Assembly: GCA_965279375.1 (NCBI GenBank)
Contig: OZ257156.1
Coordinates: 2,400,001-2,464,000, forward strand
Reading direction: 5' to 3'
DNA length: 64,000 nucleotides
Source of the DNA: Gemmatimonas sp.
GTDB taxonomy: Bacteria; Gemmatimonadota; Gemmatimonadetes; Gemmatimonadales; Gemmatimonadaceae
Under the pieces are notes generated by a model that searched no databases, had not been told where the DNA came from, and saw nothing but the letters and a program-made list of their open reading frames with translations. A program made the translations under genes and the position numbers. Numbering within the stretch: the first letter of the stretch is position 1; each line of letters opens with the position of its first letter. Of the stretch, positions 39,098-48,523 are shown piece after piece.

Positions 39098-40201
39098 CTA
39101 GGCTCGACGGCCCAGCAGCCGATGCGCGCGTCGCAAGCCTGACGCGATCGCACTGCGGCCCGGATGTGGGTACAGCACCCAGTCTTCACCGATGGCAGCC
39201 AATTCCTTGCTGAACCATCGCTTGAAGTCGGAAATCCCACCCAGCGGGTCGGCACTGTCGTGCGTTCCCAGCGTTACGCCGCCGAGGTCGAACCACGCGG
39301 CGCCGCGGCGGTGCGACCACTGAATGAGGTCCCAGAGCAGCGGATAATTGAGCGCGACTTTGAGGTCGGTGGCTCGCGTCGAGCCGGCCGAATCGTAGTG
39401 CGCGAAATCGCCGTGACAGCCGCCCCACGCGAAGGCGAGTAGCGACTCGGGGTCGTTCTCTCCTGCGCGGAACAGTCCGACGAGACGCGAGTGATCCGGA
39501 ATTGCGTTCGAAAGCGTGATGCGTTCTGCCCATGGCGCCGGCGTCGCAACACCGCCGGTGCGCGACATCGTCTCCTCATTGAGCGCCGCCAGGCGCGATG
39601 CGAATCGCACGTCGTCGATGGGACGCACTTCAACGGGCTGCTTCTCGCCCTGCCTGATGTCGCGGCGCGTCTTCGTGGAGAACGATGCGAACACCGCATC
39701 CAGCGACGGCGAAAGATCGACGACCAGCGTATCGCGGTAGTGTCGTGGTGCCGGACGCCGCTCGAATCCGAGCGCCCTCAGCTGTGTGGCGGCAAGCGCA
39801 TGTTGCTCGGGCGTGCGGAGCACGAGCTCCACCTGCAACTCGAGTACGCGGCTGTCCTCACGCACTGCATCGCAAATGGCGCTCACGACCGTCTGGCCGG
39901 CCTCCGACAAGATCGAGGAGCCGGCGCGGTCCACGCGTGCGATGACATGGCCTGGCAGCGCGTTGGAGCGATGGCGAGCCAGCGCAAACGCCGCACCGGC
40001 ACGACCGTCGGCAGTGCGCGCACCGAACAACCAGTTCGCAGCGCCGGGCATGTGTTCCGCCCACGCCGCGCGACTCGCGAGCGGCAGCGGGACGTGCAGG
40101 GCATCCAGCTCTTGCTCGAACCGGCGCCAATGATCGTCCACTGTGCGACACGACAGCAGCGCGGCCGATGCGGACGCCGCATCCGCAAAATCGGTCGTCA
40201 C
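39098..40201 (-). CDS. FemAB-like tandem GNAT acyltransferase
   Basis: LVVDLS..FSTKTRRDIR, LLWDLIQW, WFDLGG, ISDFKRWF. Confidence 0.75.
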   Translation of the reverse strand: MTTDFADAASASAALLSCRTVDDHWRRFEQELDALHVPLPLASRAAWAEHMPGAANWLFGARTADGRAGAAFALARHRSNALPGHVIARVDRAGSSILSEAGQTVVSAICDAVREDSRVLELQVELVLRTPEQHALAATQLRALGFERRPAPRHYRDTLVVDLSPSLDAVFASFSTKTRRDIRQGEKQPVEVRPIDDVRFASRLAALNEETMSRTGGVATPAPWAERITLSNAIPDHSRLVGLFRAGENDPESLLAFAWGGCHGDFAHYDSAGSTRATDLKVALNYPLLWDLIQWSHRRGAAWFDLGGVTLGTHDSADPLGGISDFKRWFSKELAAIGEDWVLYPHPGRSAIASGLRRAHRLLGRRA

Positions 40202-41385
40202 TGCACCTCTCCGCCGAGGCCCGCGTAGCGACGGAGATCGTGCACCGCGCGCAAGGCGTACAGCTTGCTTCGGTGCACGCGATAGCGCAGCGAGTAATTC
40301 GTTGCGATCGAGCGATGCGTTCCCGCGGATGCCAACGAGTACGAGTCGGTCGCCTGCTTGCGCGCGTCCTCGTAGAACGACGCGATCTTGTCGGCGGTCA
40401 TGCCGTCGCTCTTGAGCCAGCGCGGAATGTAGGTCTGCGCGAGAACGGCAACGTCAGTCAGCACCTTCGAGAGACCCGTGCCCGTTGCCGGACACACGCT
40501 CTGGTAGCTGTCACCGATCAGCACGAGTCCCGGGCGCTTGATCGCGTTGGCCACATACAGGTCGATCGGGAACGATTCGACCTTGCTGGACACGCGAAAG
40601 TCTCCTGTGAGATGAAACATGCCGGGCACCAGTCGCTGCAGCTCATTGCGCGCATCGTTGAGCAGCGCACGAACGCCGGCGTCGGTGGGGGCCTGATACA
40701 GGAACATGTTCACACGCATCGCATCGCGCAGCGGGAAGATCGTGACGTAGTCCACGATCTGATCGAGACGCGTCGGCATGTACGTGATCGACTCGAAGTC
40801 GAATCGCTCGCGTCCTTGTGGCTCGATATCGAAGCCGTACGCCATCGAGTGATTCTGGCTGATGACTTTCTTGCCGATGTCGAGCTGCTGATGGAGTTTG
40901 CCGCTGGTGGCGCCGGCGCTGAGTACCACAAGACGACAGGTGATGGTGCGACCATCCATCAGCGACACGCGTTGCTGCGTGTCCGATGTCTGGATTTCAT
41001 TTACGCGGCCGTGCACCGGCTCGGAAACGGCAGCGGCCGCCGCACGCAATGCGTTGACCAGCTCGTGATAGTGCACGCCGTATTGCTCCGGGCGCGCCAC
41101 ACCGACGAATCGACGACCGCGCGCCGTGACCACCTTCTGAATGCGGTGCGCGATCGGTTCGACAACGTGCATGAGCCCCAACTCACGAAACAGGTCGGCC
41201 TGATCGGGCTCCACTTTCTCTGCCTTGAAGCAAGGCGCGCACTCGGTGCGCGCATCGACGAGCGCCGTGCGCACGCCGGCAGCACCAAGTACGTAGGCCA
41301 ACGACGCCCCCGCGGCACCTGCGCCCACGATGCAAACGTCGACATCGTCGGCGGTGTGTCCATTTCGCAAAAGGGAGTCAGTCAC
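40198..41385 (-). CDS. FAD-dependent oxidoreductase/monooxygenase
   Basis: IVGAGAAG Rossmann motif, LVLIGDSYQSVCPATGTG (GD motif). Confidence 0.85.
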   Translation of the reverse strand: MTDSLLRNGHTADDVDVCIVGAGAAGASLAYVLGAAGVRTALVDARTECAPCFKAEKVEPDQADLFRELGLMHVVEPIAHRIQKVVTARGRRFVGVARPEQYGVHYHELVNALRAAAAAVSEPVHGRVNEIQTSDTQQRVSLMDGRTITCRLVVLSAGATSGKLHQQLDIGKKVISQNHSMAYGFDIEPQGRERFDFESITYMPTRLDQIVDYVTIFPLRDAMRVNMFLYQAPTDAGVRALLNDARNELQRLVPGMFHLTGDFRVSSKVESFPIDLYVANAIKRPGLVLIGDSYQSVCPATGTGLSKVLTDVAVLAQTYIPRWLKSDGMTADKIASFYEDARKQATDSYSLASAGTHRSIATNYSLRYRVHRSKLYALRAVHDLRRYAGLGGEVQ

Positions 41386-41499
41386 TGGACTTTGCCGAGC
41401 GGGGTGAAACGGAGCAAGGGGCGACCGTGTCGGAATGACGATCCGGACCCTCGTGCATCACAATAAAAGCTGAACGGCTGCCCGGCCGCCAGCGCACCC

Positions 41500-43140
41500 C
41501 TACCGACCGCCGAATCGGCGCTTCCAGTCGATCACGGACAATTGACCGACGCGATGTATCGAGTGCACGCCGTCCATGTTTCGCCATGGCAACGGTGTCA
41601 CCTCGCCGACCGCGTGCTCGGCGAAGTGCTGTGCGCTGAGATGGTCAACCGCGTGCAGCCGTAGTGCCGCGCCGTATCGAGGCGTGCACACCTGCCCGGG
41701 CCGGATCAATACGCCGTCGCTATCGCGCCAGAGCGCGCCGGCCGGCCGGCTGCCGACCGCGCTGCGCCTGACTGGATTGCCCGTGTGCGCTGCCCACGGA
41801 CCCGTCACATCGTCGGCCGTATAGAGATGAAGCTCATCCCATGCCGGCGCGTTACGGTTGGCGACCGTGACGAACATCCACCAACGATCACCGTCGTGAT
41901 GCAGCGTCGCATCGACGGCGTCGACGTCATCGATCAGCGTACCGATGCGCTGCCATCCATCCGGAAAGTTCGTCGCGCGATACAGCTCCACGCAGCGCGC
42001 TTCACTGGTTTCAGGGATCATGTACCACATGCCACGATCCTGAAACACGAACGGATACGACAGGTGGTACGGCCGCTCCAGCACGCGGCGCGGCGCGCCG
42101 ATCACACCGTGCGGGCCGTACTCCACCACCTCGATGGTCCCCTTTCCAGACCAGCGCGGCATCTGCTCGAAGAAGATCCAGTAGCGATCGCCATCGAGCG
42201 CGACGAACGGATCCGCCCAAAACTGTGACGAAGGCGTTTCCAGAGTCTGGTATCGCGAAAGGTCCAGACAGGGCGTTGTGCTCCCGTCCGACGCATCGTG
42301 CCAATGCGCCGCAATACGCCACTGCGAACCGCCGCTGCGCTCGCGCAGCTGAGCGACCGTGTACTGCGCCAGTGCACGCAGCAGCGGGCGAGTGACACCG
42401 CTCACCGCCACCGCAGAGCGCGCGACTGTGCTCGATCCACTCGCAGTCGAGGCCTGCTTGCGCTGCGGCTCCCGAACCACCCACGAAGAGGCGGCCGCGG
42501 CATCCGCCGACTGCCACACAGCCGAACGAAGCACGCGTTCCAGAATTCCGCATGCGACCCAGCGCGTGTCGTTCGCGGTGAGGCGCGCATTCCACTCGTG
42601 CACAGGAAGCGCGTGCTCATAGAGAGGGATCGCCGCGCCCGCGGCCGTTCGGCGTTGCCAGACGACCAGCGGCGCTGTGGCGCTCTCGTTCGTGTCATCG
42701 TTGCGCAACACGGCGTTCGAGCCGGGCCAGTTCGCTGCGGCGGGATGCGCGGCAGGCCACCCGATCCACACGACACCGTGCGTCGCCAAGCGCGCGAGGT
42801 CAGCATCGGGCGGAGTGTCGGGCAGCCAGACCAGCAATGACGGCGTCGCATCGCCTCGCGCGTCGAGCGGGAGCATGTCGACCGTGCGCCACGACTCGAG
42901 GATCGTCGCATTGCTTCCGATGTCCCTGGCGGCATCGTGCTCCACCGTCGCACGAGCGGCAAGACGCCGATAGAGGCTTCCCAGCACGCCCCCGATGGGT
43001 ACGGCAGCGCGTGCATCAACGTGCCAGAGCAGCGCTGCATCGGCGTCCGCGCCTGCAACGCTGCGTATCCGTCCAAGCGTGTCACCGACCCACGCCGGTA
43101 CCGGTCCGCGCGGGATCGCGACGACCATCGACGGTGACAC
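41500..43140 (-). CDS. GINT1-N-like (GH43-type beta-propeller) protein with divergent N-terminal domain
   Basis: FWADPF, HLSYPFVF, WYMIPET, VDATL, NPV..SRPAG. Confidence 0.75.
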   Translation of the reverse strand: MSPSMVVAIPRGPVPAWVGDTLGRIRSVAGADADAALLWHVDARAAVPIGGVLGSLYRRLAARATVEHDAARDIGSNATILESWRTVDMLPLDARGDATPSLLVWLPDTPPDADLARLATHGVVWIGWPAAHPAAANWPGSNAVLRNDDTNESATAPLVVWQRRTAAGAAIPLYEHALPVHEWNARLTANDTRWVACGILERVLRSAVWQSADAAAASSWVVREPQRKQASTASGSSTVARSAVAVSGVTRPLLRALAQYTVAQLRERSGGSQWRIAAHWHDASDGSTTPCLDLSRYQTLETPSSQFWADPFVALDGDRYWIFFEQMPRWSGKGTIEVVEYGPHGVIGAPRRVLERPYHLSYPFVFQDRGMWYMIPETSEARCVELYRATNFPDGWQRIGTLIDDVDAVDATLHHDGDRWWMFVTVANRNAPAWDELHLYTADDVTGPWAAHTGNPVRRSAVGSRPAGALWRDSDGVLIRPGQVCTPRYGAALRLHAVDHLSAQHFAEHAVGEVTPLPWRNMDGVHSIHRVGQLSVIDWKRRFGGR

Positions 43141-43166
43141 GTGTGGCTCTGTCGAAACGCTCGGCG

Positions 43167-44516
43167 CTACCAGGCGATCCCTTGATACTGCGGCGACGGC
43201 GTACGGTCTCCGAAGGCGCGCACCAGATCGATGATCATCTGCTGCTTGTCGAGCAGCTCGTGAGCGGTGCGGAACTCCGCGCTGCCGTTGCCGATCACCA
43301 CCGTCTCCGCGTGTGAGATGACGCTCGCGATATCCGGGCGCATCAGCTCCCAGATATGGGGAATCTCACGCTCGATGTATTCTCGATTCGCGCCAAGCAA
43401 TCGCGCCTTGGACACGTCACGGTCGAAGATCGCCACGTCGATGCCCTTGCCGATCAGTCGCTCGATGAGCGTCACCAGCGGGCTTTCACGCAGATCGTCG
43501 GTGCCCGCCTTGAACGCGAGACCCAGGACACCGACGCGTCGCGCGCCAGTTGCCATGACCATGCGGAACGCGCGATCGATCTGTCGATCGTTGCTTTCGA
43601 GCACCGCGCGCAGGATCGGCGCGTCGATGTCGAGCTGCTGCGCCCGATAGCTCACTGCGCGCAGGTCCTTTGGCAGGCAGGAGCCGCCGAAGGCAAATCC
43701 TGGCTTCAGGTACGCTGGCGAGATGTTGAGCTTCCGGTCTTCGCAGAACAGACGCATGACCTCGTGGCTGTCCACATTCAGTGCCTTGCAGACGTTGCCG
43801 ATTTCATTCGCGAAACCGACCTTGAGCCCGTGGAAGCAGTTGCACGCGTACTTCACCATTTCGGCAACGCGCACCGCAGTCACATGCACGGGCGACTCGA
43901 GCCCGGCGTAGAGGCTGCGCACGACGGCAGCGCTTTCCTCTTCGTCGGAGCCGATCAGCGTGAACGGCGGATCGTAGAAGTCGCGGATCGATGTACCTTC
44001 GCGCAGGAACTCCGGATTGGAGCAGACGCCGAAGTCGACGCCCGCCTTCAGACCGCTCGAGCGCTCGACCGCAGGAATCACCAGTTCGTGAATCGTGCCC
44101 GGGAGCACGGTGCTCCGAATGACCACGACATGGCGCTTGCCCTTGGTGGCGATCGCGGCGCCGATCTGCTCGCAGACGCGCTCCACGTACGACAGATCGA
44201 GACTGCCGTTCGGGCGACTCGGTGTACCCACGCACACGAGCGAAACGTCAGTGGCGTGCACCGCCTCCTCAACGCTGGCCGTGGCGCGAAGCCGGCCGAG
44301 GCCATGCATCTGCTTGACGAGTTCGGCGATGCCTTCCTCGACGATGGTGGCTTCACCGCGATTGACGATGTCCACCTTCGACGCGCTCACGTCAACGCCG
44401 ATGACCTGAAACCCCTCCTTCGCAAAGCACGCGGCGGAGACACAACCGACATAACCGAGACCAAAAACACTGACTGCAGGCATAGTCCTAAAGTTGGAGG
44501 CTTGGGGCGAAGTCAT
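43167..44516 (-). CDS. GDP-mannose 6-dehydrogenase-like nucleotide-sugar dehydrogenase (AlgD-like)
   Basis: VFGLGYVG, CVGTPS, NPEFLREG, LKPGFAFGGSCLPKD, FKAGTDDLRESP. Confidence 0.9.
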   Translation of the reverse strand: MTSPQASNFRTMPAVSVFGLGYVGCVSAACFAKEGFQVIGVDVSASKVDIVNRGEATIVEEGIAELVKQMHGLGRLRATASVEEAVHATDVSLVCVGTPSRPNGSLDLSYVERVCEQIGAAIATKGKRHVVVIRSTVLPGTIHELVIPAVERSSGLKAGVDFGVCSNPEFLREGTSIRDFYDPPFTLIGSDEEESAAVVRSLYAGLESPVHVTAVRVAEMVKYACNCFHGLKVGFANEIGNVCKALNVDSHEVMRLFCEDRKLNISPAYLKPGFAFGGSCLPKDLRAVSYRAQQLDIDAPILRAVLESNDRQIDRAFRMVMATGARRVGVLGLAFKAGTDDLRESPLVTLIERLIGKGIDVAIFDRDVSKARLLGANREYIEREIPHIWELMRPDIASVISHAETVVIGNGSAEFRTAHELLDKQQMIIDLVRAFGDRTPSPQYQGIAW

Positions 44517-46465
44517 CAGGCGGCTGCACGCCGCGACAGGACGGGCATGACGCGATCGATCGCTTCTCCGTCGAAGGCGATGCGCTGCCAGATCTCAAAG
44601 TTCATCAACATCCACAACCGCTCGGCGTGATTCGCACGACCCGCCTGGTGATCGGCGACGAGCTGCCGGATCGTGTCGGCGTCGAACAGCGCGCGCGACC
44701 GCGCGCGCTCCGAGAGCACGAATTCGTCGAGCAGGTGGCGATACGGGCCGCGTACCCACGCGCCGATCGGCACCGGGAAACCCATCTTCTTGCGAGAGAG
44801 GATCTCCTCGGGGAGCCGTCCGGCCATCGCCTTGCGCAGAATCACCTTGGTGGTGAGACCCTGCAGGCGGAGATGCTCCGGCAGGCGGCTTGCCCACTCG
44901 GCCAGTGGATGATCGAGGAACGGCACGCGGCTCTCGATCGAGGCGGCCATGCTCATCTGGTCCTGCTTCATCAGCAGTTCCTGCAGATACGTCTTGGTAT
45001 CCGCAAAGAGCAGACGCTGCAGCAGGCTGGCGCTCGGGAACTGATCGAACGCACGGTGCGCCGCCGCATACGGGTCCACGTCGCCCAGCTCGGCACGCAC
45101 GTCCGGCGACAGCAACCGCTGCTGCCAACGCCGTCCGAACACCGCGAAGTTGTCGAAGTAGAGCGTGTCGAGATCGGTGTCGAGCGACAGGAAGGTGCGC
45201 GTGAGCTTGCGCGCGATGCCCATGTGTGGCGCGAGTCCCGCGAGGCCACTGCGCACGGCGCTGCGAAAGATCGCGGGCGTAGACCGCTGGTACGCGCCCC
45301 CGAAGCGCGAGTTGAGGAGCGTCATCCTGTAGCGATTGTAGCCAGCCAGTACTTCATCGCTGCCTTCGCCGGTGAGCACCACCTTCACCTGCTCGGACGC
45401 CAGCTTCGAGACGAAATAAAGCGCGACGCTCGACGGGTGCGCGATCGGCTCGTCTTCGTGCCACACCAGACGCGGAAGCGCCGTGAAGAACTCGTCGGGC
45501 GAGACCACGACTTCGTGATGACTCGTCTTGAACTTCTCCGCCACCATGCGCGCGTACGCGAATTCGTTCGCTTCTCGCTCAGCGAATGCCACGGAGAACG
45601 TCTTGATCGGCTCGGAGACGAGTTCGCTCATCACCGCCGTGATCGCCGCCGAGTCGATGCCACCGGAGAGGAACATGCCCAGTGGCACGTCGCTCATCAG
45701 TCGCAGGCGCACCGCTTCCGTGAATCGCTCGGAGTACTCGGCGACCAGCGCGCTGTCCGTGCCGGTGAGGGTATCCGTGTTGGAAACGGGCAGCTCCCAA
45801 TACTGCGAAATCGCAATGGTGCCGTCGCGCCAGATGAGCGTGTGGCCGGCCGGCAGCCGGAGGATCCCTTCGAACAACGTTTCGTTGCCGCTGGGGGCGT
45901 AGTTGGCGAGGTAGTCGGGCAACGCGCGGCGATTGAGCGTCGGCGTGACCATGCCGGACGCGAGAATCCCCTTGATCTCCGATGCAAAGAGCAGCGTGCC
46001 GTCAGCGAGGTGCGCGTAGTACAGCGGCTTGACGCCGAATCGGTCGCGCGCGAGAAACAGTTCACGGCGCGCGTCATCCCACAGGGCGATCGCGAACATG
46101 CCACGCATCTGCTTCACGCTGTGCTGCCGCTCCGCTTCGAACAACCGCAGCACCGTCTCCGTATCGCTGCGCGTGCGATAGACTACACCGCGCGATTCGA
46201 GATCGGCCTTGAGCGTCGGGTGATTGAACACCTCGCCGTTGTACACGACATGCAGGTGCCCATCGTCGCTCGTCATCGGCTGATGCCCATGCGAGACATC
46301 GACGATGCTCAAGCGGCGGTGTCCAAGCGCCACACCACGGCCGAGGTAGAGTCCGGCATCGTCCGGGCCGCGATGCACGAGCGAGTCGCGCATGCGCAGG
46401 ACACACGCCTCGTCCGCCTGTCGACCCGACGTCGGGCCAACCACGATACCTGCTATTCCGCACAT
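44516..46465 (-). CDS. asnB: Asparagine-synthase-family glutamine amidotransferase (copy 2)
   Basis: MCGIAG, HRGPD, FLSGGIDS, TGEGSDE, RVPFLD. Confidence 0.93.
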   Translation of the reverse strand: MCGIAGIVVGPTSGRQADEACVLRMRDSLVHRGPDDAGLYLGRGVALGHRRLSIVDVSHGHQPMTSDDGHLHVVYNGEVFNHPTLKADLESRGVVYRTRSDTETVLRLFEAERQHSVKQMRGMFAIALWDDARRELFLARDRFGVKPLYYAHLADGTLLFASEIKGILASGMVTPTLNRRALPDYLANYAPSGNETLFEGILRLPAGHTLIWRDGTIAISQYWELPVSNTDTLTGTDSALVAEYSERFTEAVRLRLMSDVPLGMFLSGGIDSAAITAVMSELVSEPIKTFSVAFAEREANEFAYARMVAEKFKTSHHEVVVSPDEFFTALPRLVWHEDEPIAHPSSVALYFVSKLASEQVKVVLTGEGSDEVLAGYNRYRMTLLNSRFGGAYQRSTPAIFRSAVRSGLAGLAPHMGIARKLTRTFLSLDTDLDTLYFDNFAVFGRRWQQRLLSPDVRAELGDVDPYAAAHRAFDQFPSASLLQRLLFADTKTYLQELLMKQDQMSMAASIESRVPFLDHPLAEWASRLPEHLRLQGLTTKVILRKAMAGRLPEEILSRKKMGFPVPIGAWVRGPYRHLLDEFVLSERARSRALFDADTIRQLVADHQAGRANHAERLWMLMNFEIWQRIAFDGEAIDRVMPVLSRRAAA

Positions 46466-46488
46466 GCCTCAGTCCTCGTTACGACGGT

Positions 46489-48330
46489 TCACGCGTGGGC
46501 ACGCGCGCCAAGCCACGTATGCAGCACCATCAAGCGCCATAGCATCTCCGAGTGATCGCGACGGCCGGACAGGTGCTCGGCGACCAGGCGACGGTAGGCA
46601 TGACGATCGACCACGTCGAACAGACGGCCCTCGGCGTCGATCTCCTCGAGACGGTAGCGCAGCGGACCGCGAAACCAGTCATGCAACGGCACGGCGAAGC
46701 CCTGCTTCTTCTTTTGCAGGACCACTGGTGGCACCAATCCCTCGATCGCCTTGCGGAAGATCCACTTGCCGGTGCCGTCGCGCAGCTTGAACCGCGACGG
46801 CAACGACAGGGCGAATTCCACGAAATGGTGATCGAGCAACGGCACGCGCGCTTCCAACGACACCCGCATGCTCATGCGATCCACCTTCGTCAGGATGTCG
46901 CCTGGCAGATAGCTCTGCAAATCGACCTGCATCATCTGCGCCGGAAAATCGGCGTCCGCCGTGGAGTCGAACCACGGTGACATCAGCGCGTCGAGACTCA
47001 CCGCGCGCTGCATCACCTCGGTTCGGACGACACCCCCTTCCTCCACCGGCAGCGGCAGCGCGACCGTGCTGGCATACTGGCCGCGACGCGTGCGCGCGAC
47101 GTTGAGAAGGTAATTGCGGCCGTAGGCACCCATGGGCAGTCGCGATGCAACTCCGTGCGCCACGGCACGTGCCACGGCGCCGGGCTGCGGCACCTTGAGC
47201 GCGGTATCGTAGCGGGTGTATCCACCGAACAGTTCGTCTCCACCGTCGCCGGATAGCGACACGGTCACGTGCTGACGCGCGAGCTGCGAAACGAGAAAGG
47301 TGGGCAGCGCCGATGAGTCCGCGAACGGCTCGTCGAAGCCGAGCAGCAACTCGTCGATGAGGCCGTCCGCCTCGGGGCGCACGATGAGTTCGGTGTGTTC
47401 CGTGCCGATCGCGTCGGCGACGCGCCGCGCATCGGGGGCTTCGTTGTGTGTCTTCGAGTCGAAGCCGATGGCGAACGTCTTGACCGGTCGCGACAGGAGG
47501 CGCGCCATCTGTGCGACGACCGTGGACGAATCCACGCCGCCCGACAGGAACGCGCCCAGTGGCACTTCCGACTCGAGGTGGCACGAGACCGCATCTTCCA
47601 GCTGGCGGCGCAGCTCCGCGACGGCTTCGTCTTCCGAGATGTCGTGGATCGGACGCGCCGTCGGGCTCCAGTACGTGGAATCGGTGATGCCCGCCGCAGT
47701 CCAGGCCAGACGATGCCCCGGCTCGAGCTTGCTGATCCCCGGGAAGATGCTCAGCGGGTCGGGCACGTAGCCGAGCGCGAGGTACCGGAGCAGCGCATCC
47801 CGCGAGACGGTCGTTGGGAAGTTCGGGAGCTGTTGCAGCGACTTGAGTTCGGAGGCGAACGCAATGCCGCCGTCGTGCGGCCAGACGTAGAGCGGCTTGA
47901 TGCCAAGGCGGTCGCGCGCGAGCAGCAGACGGCTGCGAGGCACGTCCCAGAGGGCGATCCCGAACATGCCGCGCAGATGCTCGACTACGGCGTCGCCCCA
48001 CTCCTCGTAGCCGTGGACGATCGTCTCCGTATCGCTGTGCGTGCGGAACACGTGTCCGCGCAATTCGAGTTCGCGGCGCAGCTCGCGGTGGTTGTAGATC
48101 TCGCCATTGAAGACCACCTGGACGGTGCTGTCTTCGTTGGCGATGGGCTGCCAGCCACCGGTGACGTCGATGATGCTGAGGCGCCGCATGCCGAGGGCGA
48201 CGTGCGGAAGCAGCAGGCGGCCTTCACCATCGGGACCGCGATGGCGAATGACCCCGCACATGTCGGAGAGGCGCTGTTCGGCTTCGTCCCCACGGAGCGA
48301 CAGGCCTGCCCAACCTGCAATGCCGCACAT
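46489..48330 (-). CDS. asnB: Asparagine-synthase-family glutamine amidotransferase (copy 3)
   Basis: MCGIAG, HRGPD, FLSGGVDS, SGDGGDE, KVDRMSM. RBS GGAGG. Confidence 0.93.
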   Translation of the reverse strand: MCGIAGWAGLSLRGDEAEQRLSDMCGVIRHRGPDGEGRLLLPHVALGMRRLSIIDVTGGWQPIANEDSTVQVVFNGEIYNHRELRRELELRGHVFRTHSDTETIVHGYEEWGDAVVEHLRGMFGIALWDVPRSRLLLARDRLGIKPLYVWPHDGGIAFASELKSLQQLPNFPTTVSRDALLRYLALGYVPDPLSIFPGISKLEPGHRLAWTAAGITDSTYWSPTARPIHDISEDEAVAELRRQLEDAVSCHLESEVPLGAFLSGGVDSSTVVAQMARLLSRPVKTFAIGFDSKTHNEAPDARRVADAIGTEHTELIVRPEADGLIDELLLGFDEPFADSSALPTFLVSQLARQHVTVSLSGDGGDELFGGYTRYDTALKVPQPGAVARAVAHGVASRLPMGAYGRNYLLNVARTRRGQYASTVALPLPVEEGGVVRTEVMQRAVSLDALMSPWFDSTADADFPAQMMQVDLQSYLPGDILTKVDRMSMRVSLEARVPLLDHHFVEFALSLPSRFKLRDGTGKWIFRKAIEGLVPPVVLQKKKQGFAVPLHDWFRGPLRYRLEEIDAEGRLFDVVDRHAYRRLVAEHLSGRRDHSEMLWRLMVLHTWLGARAHA

Positions 48331-48523
48331 CAGCGTACCTCCAATCGTTCGGTAGTTGGCCCTTTCGGGTTCGCTGGTGTGACGCAGACACGGCTCGTAG
48401 CGTCACAGAAGGCCAACCGGATAGACTGACACAGTATAACCGTCCGGTATGGTGCTGGCCTGCCCCCGCCGGCGTACCATGCGCGCCGCGTGGGAGTTCG
48501 CCTTCGTCCGTCCTTGCCTTCGC

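Noticed and set aside
34709..48330. AsnB-like genes as lasso-peptide cyclases
   Set aside because: All keep the N-terminal Cys glutaminase domain, no B1/B2 genes or precursor peptide are visible, and the context is polysaccharide
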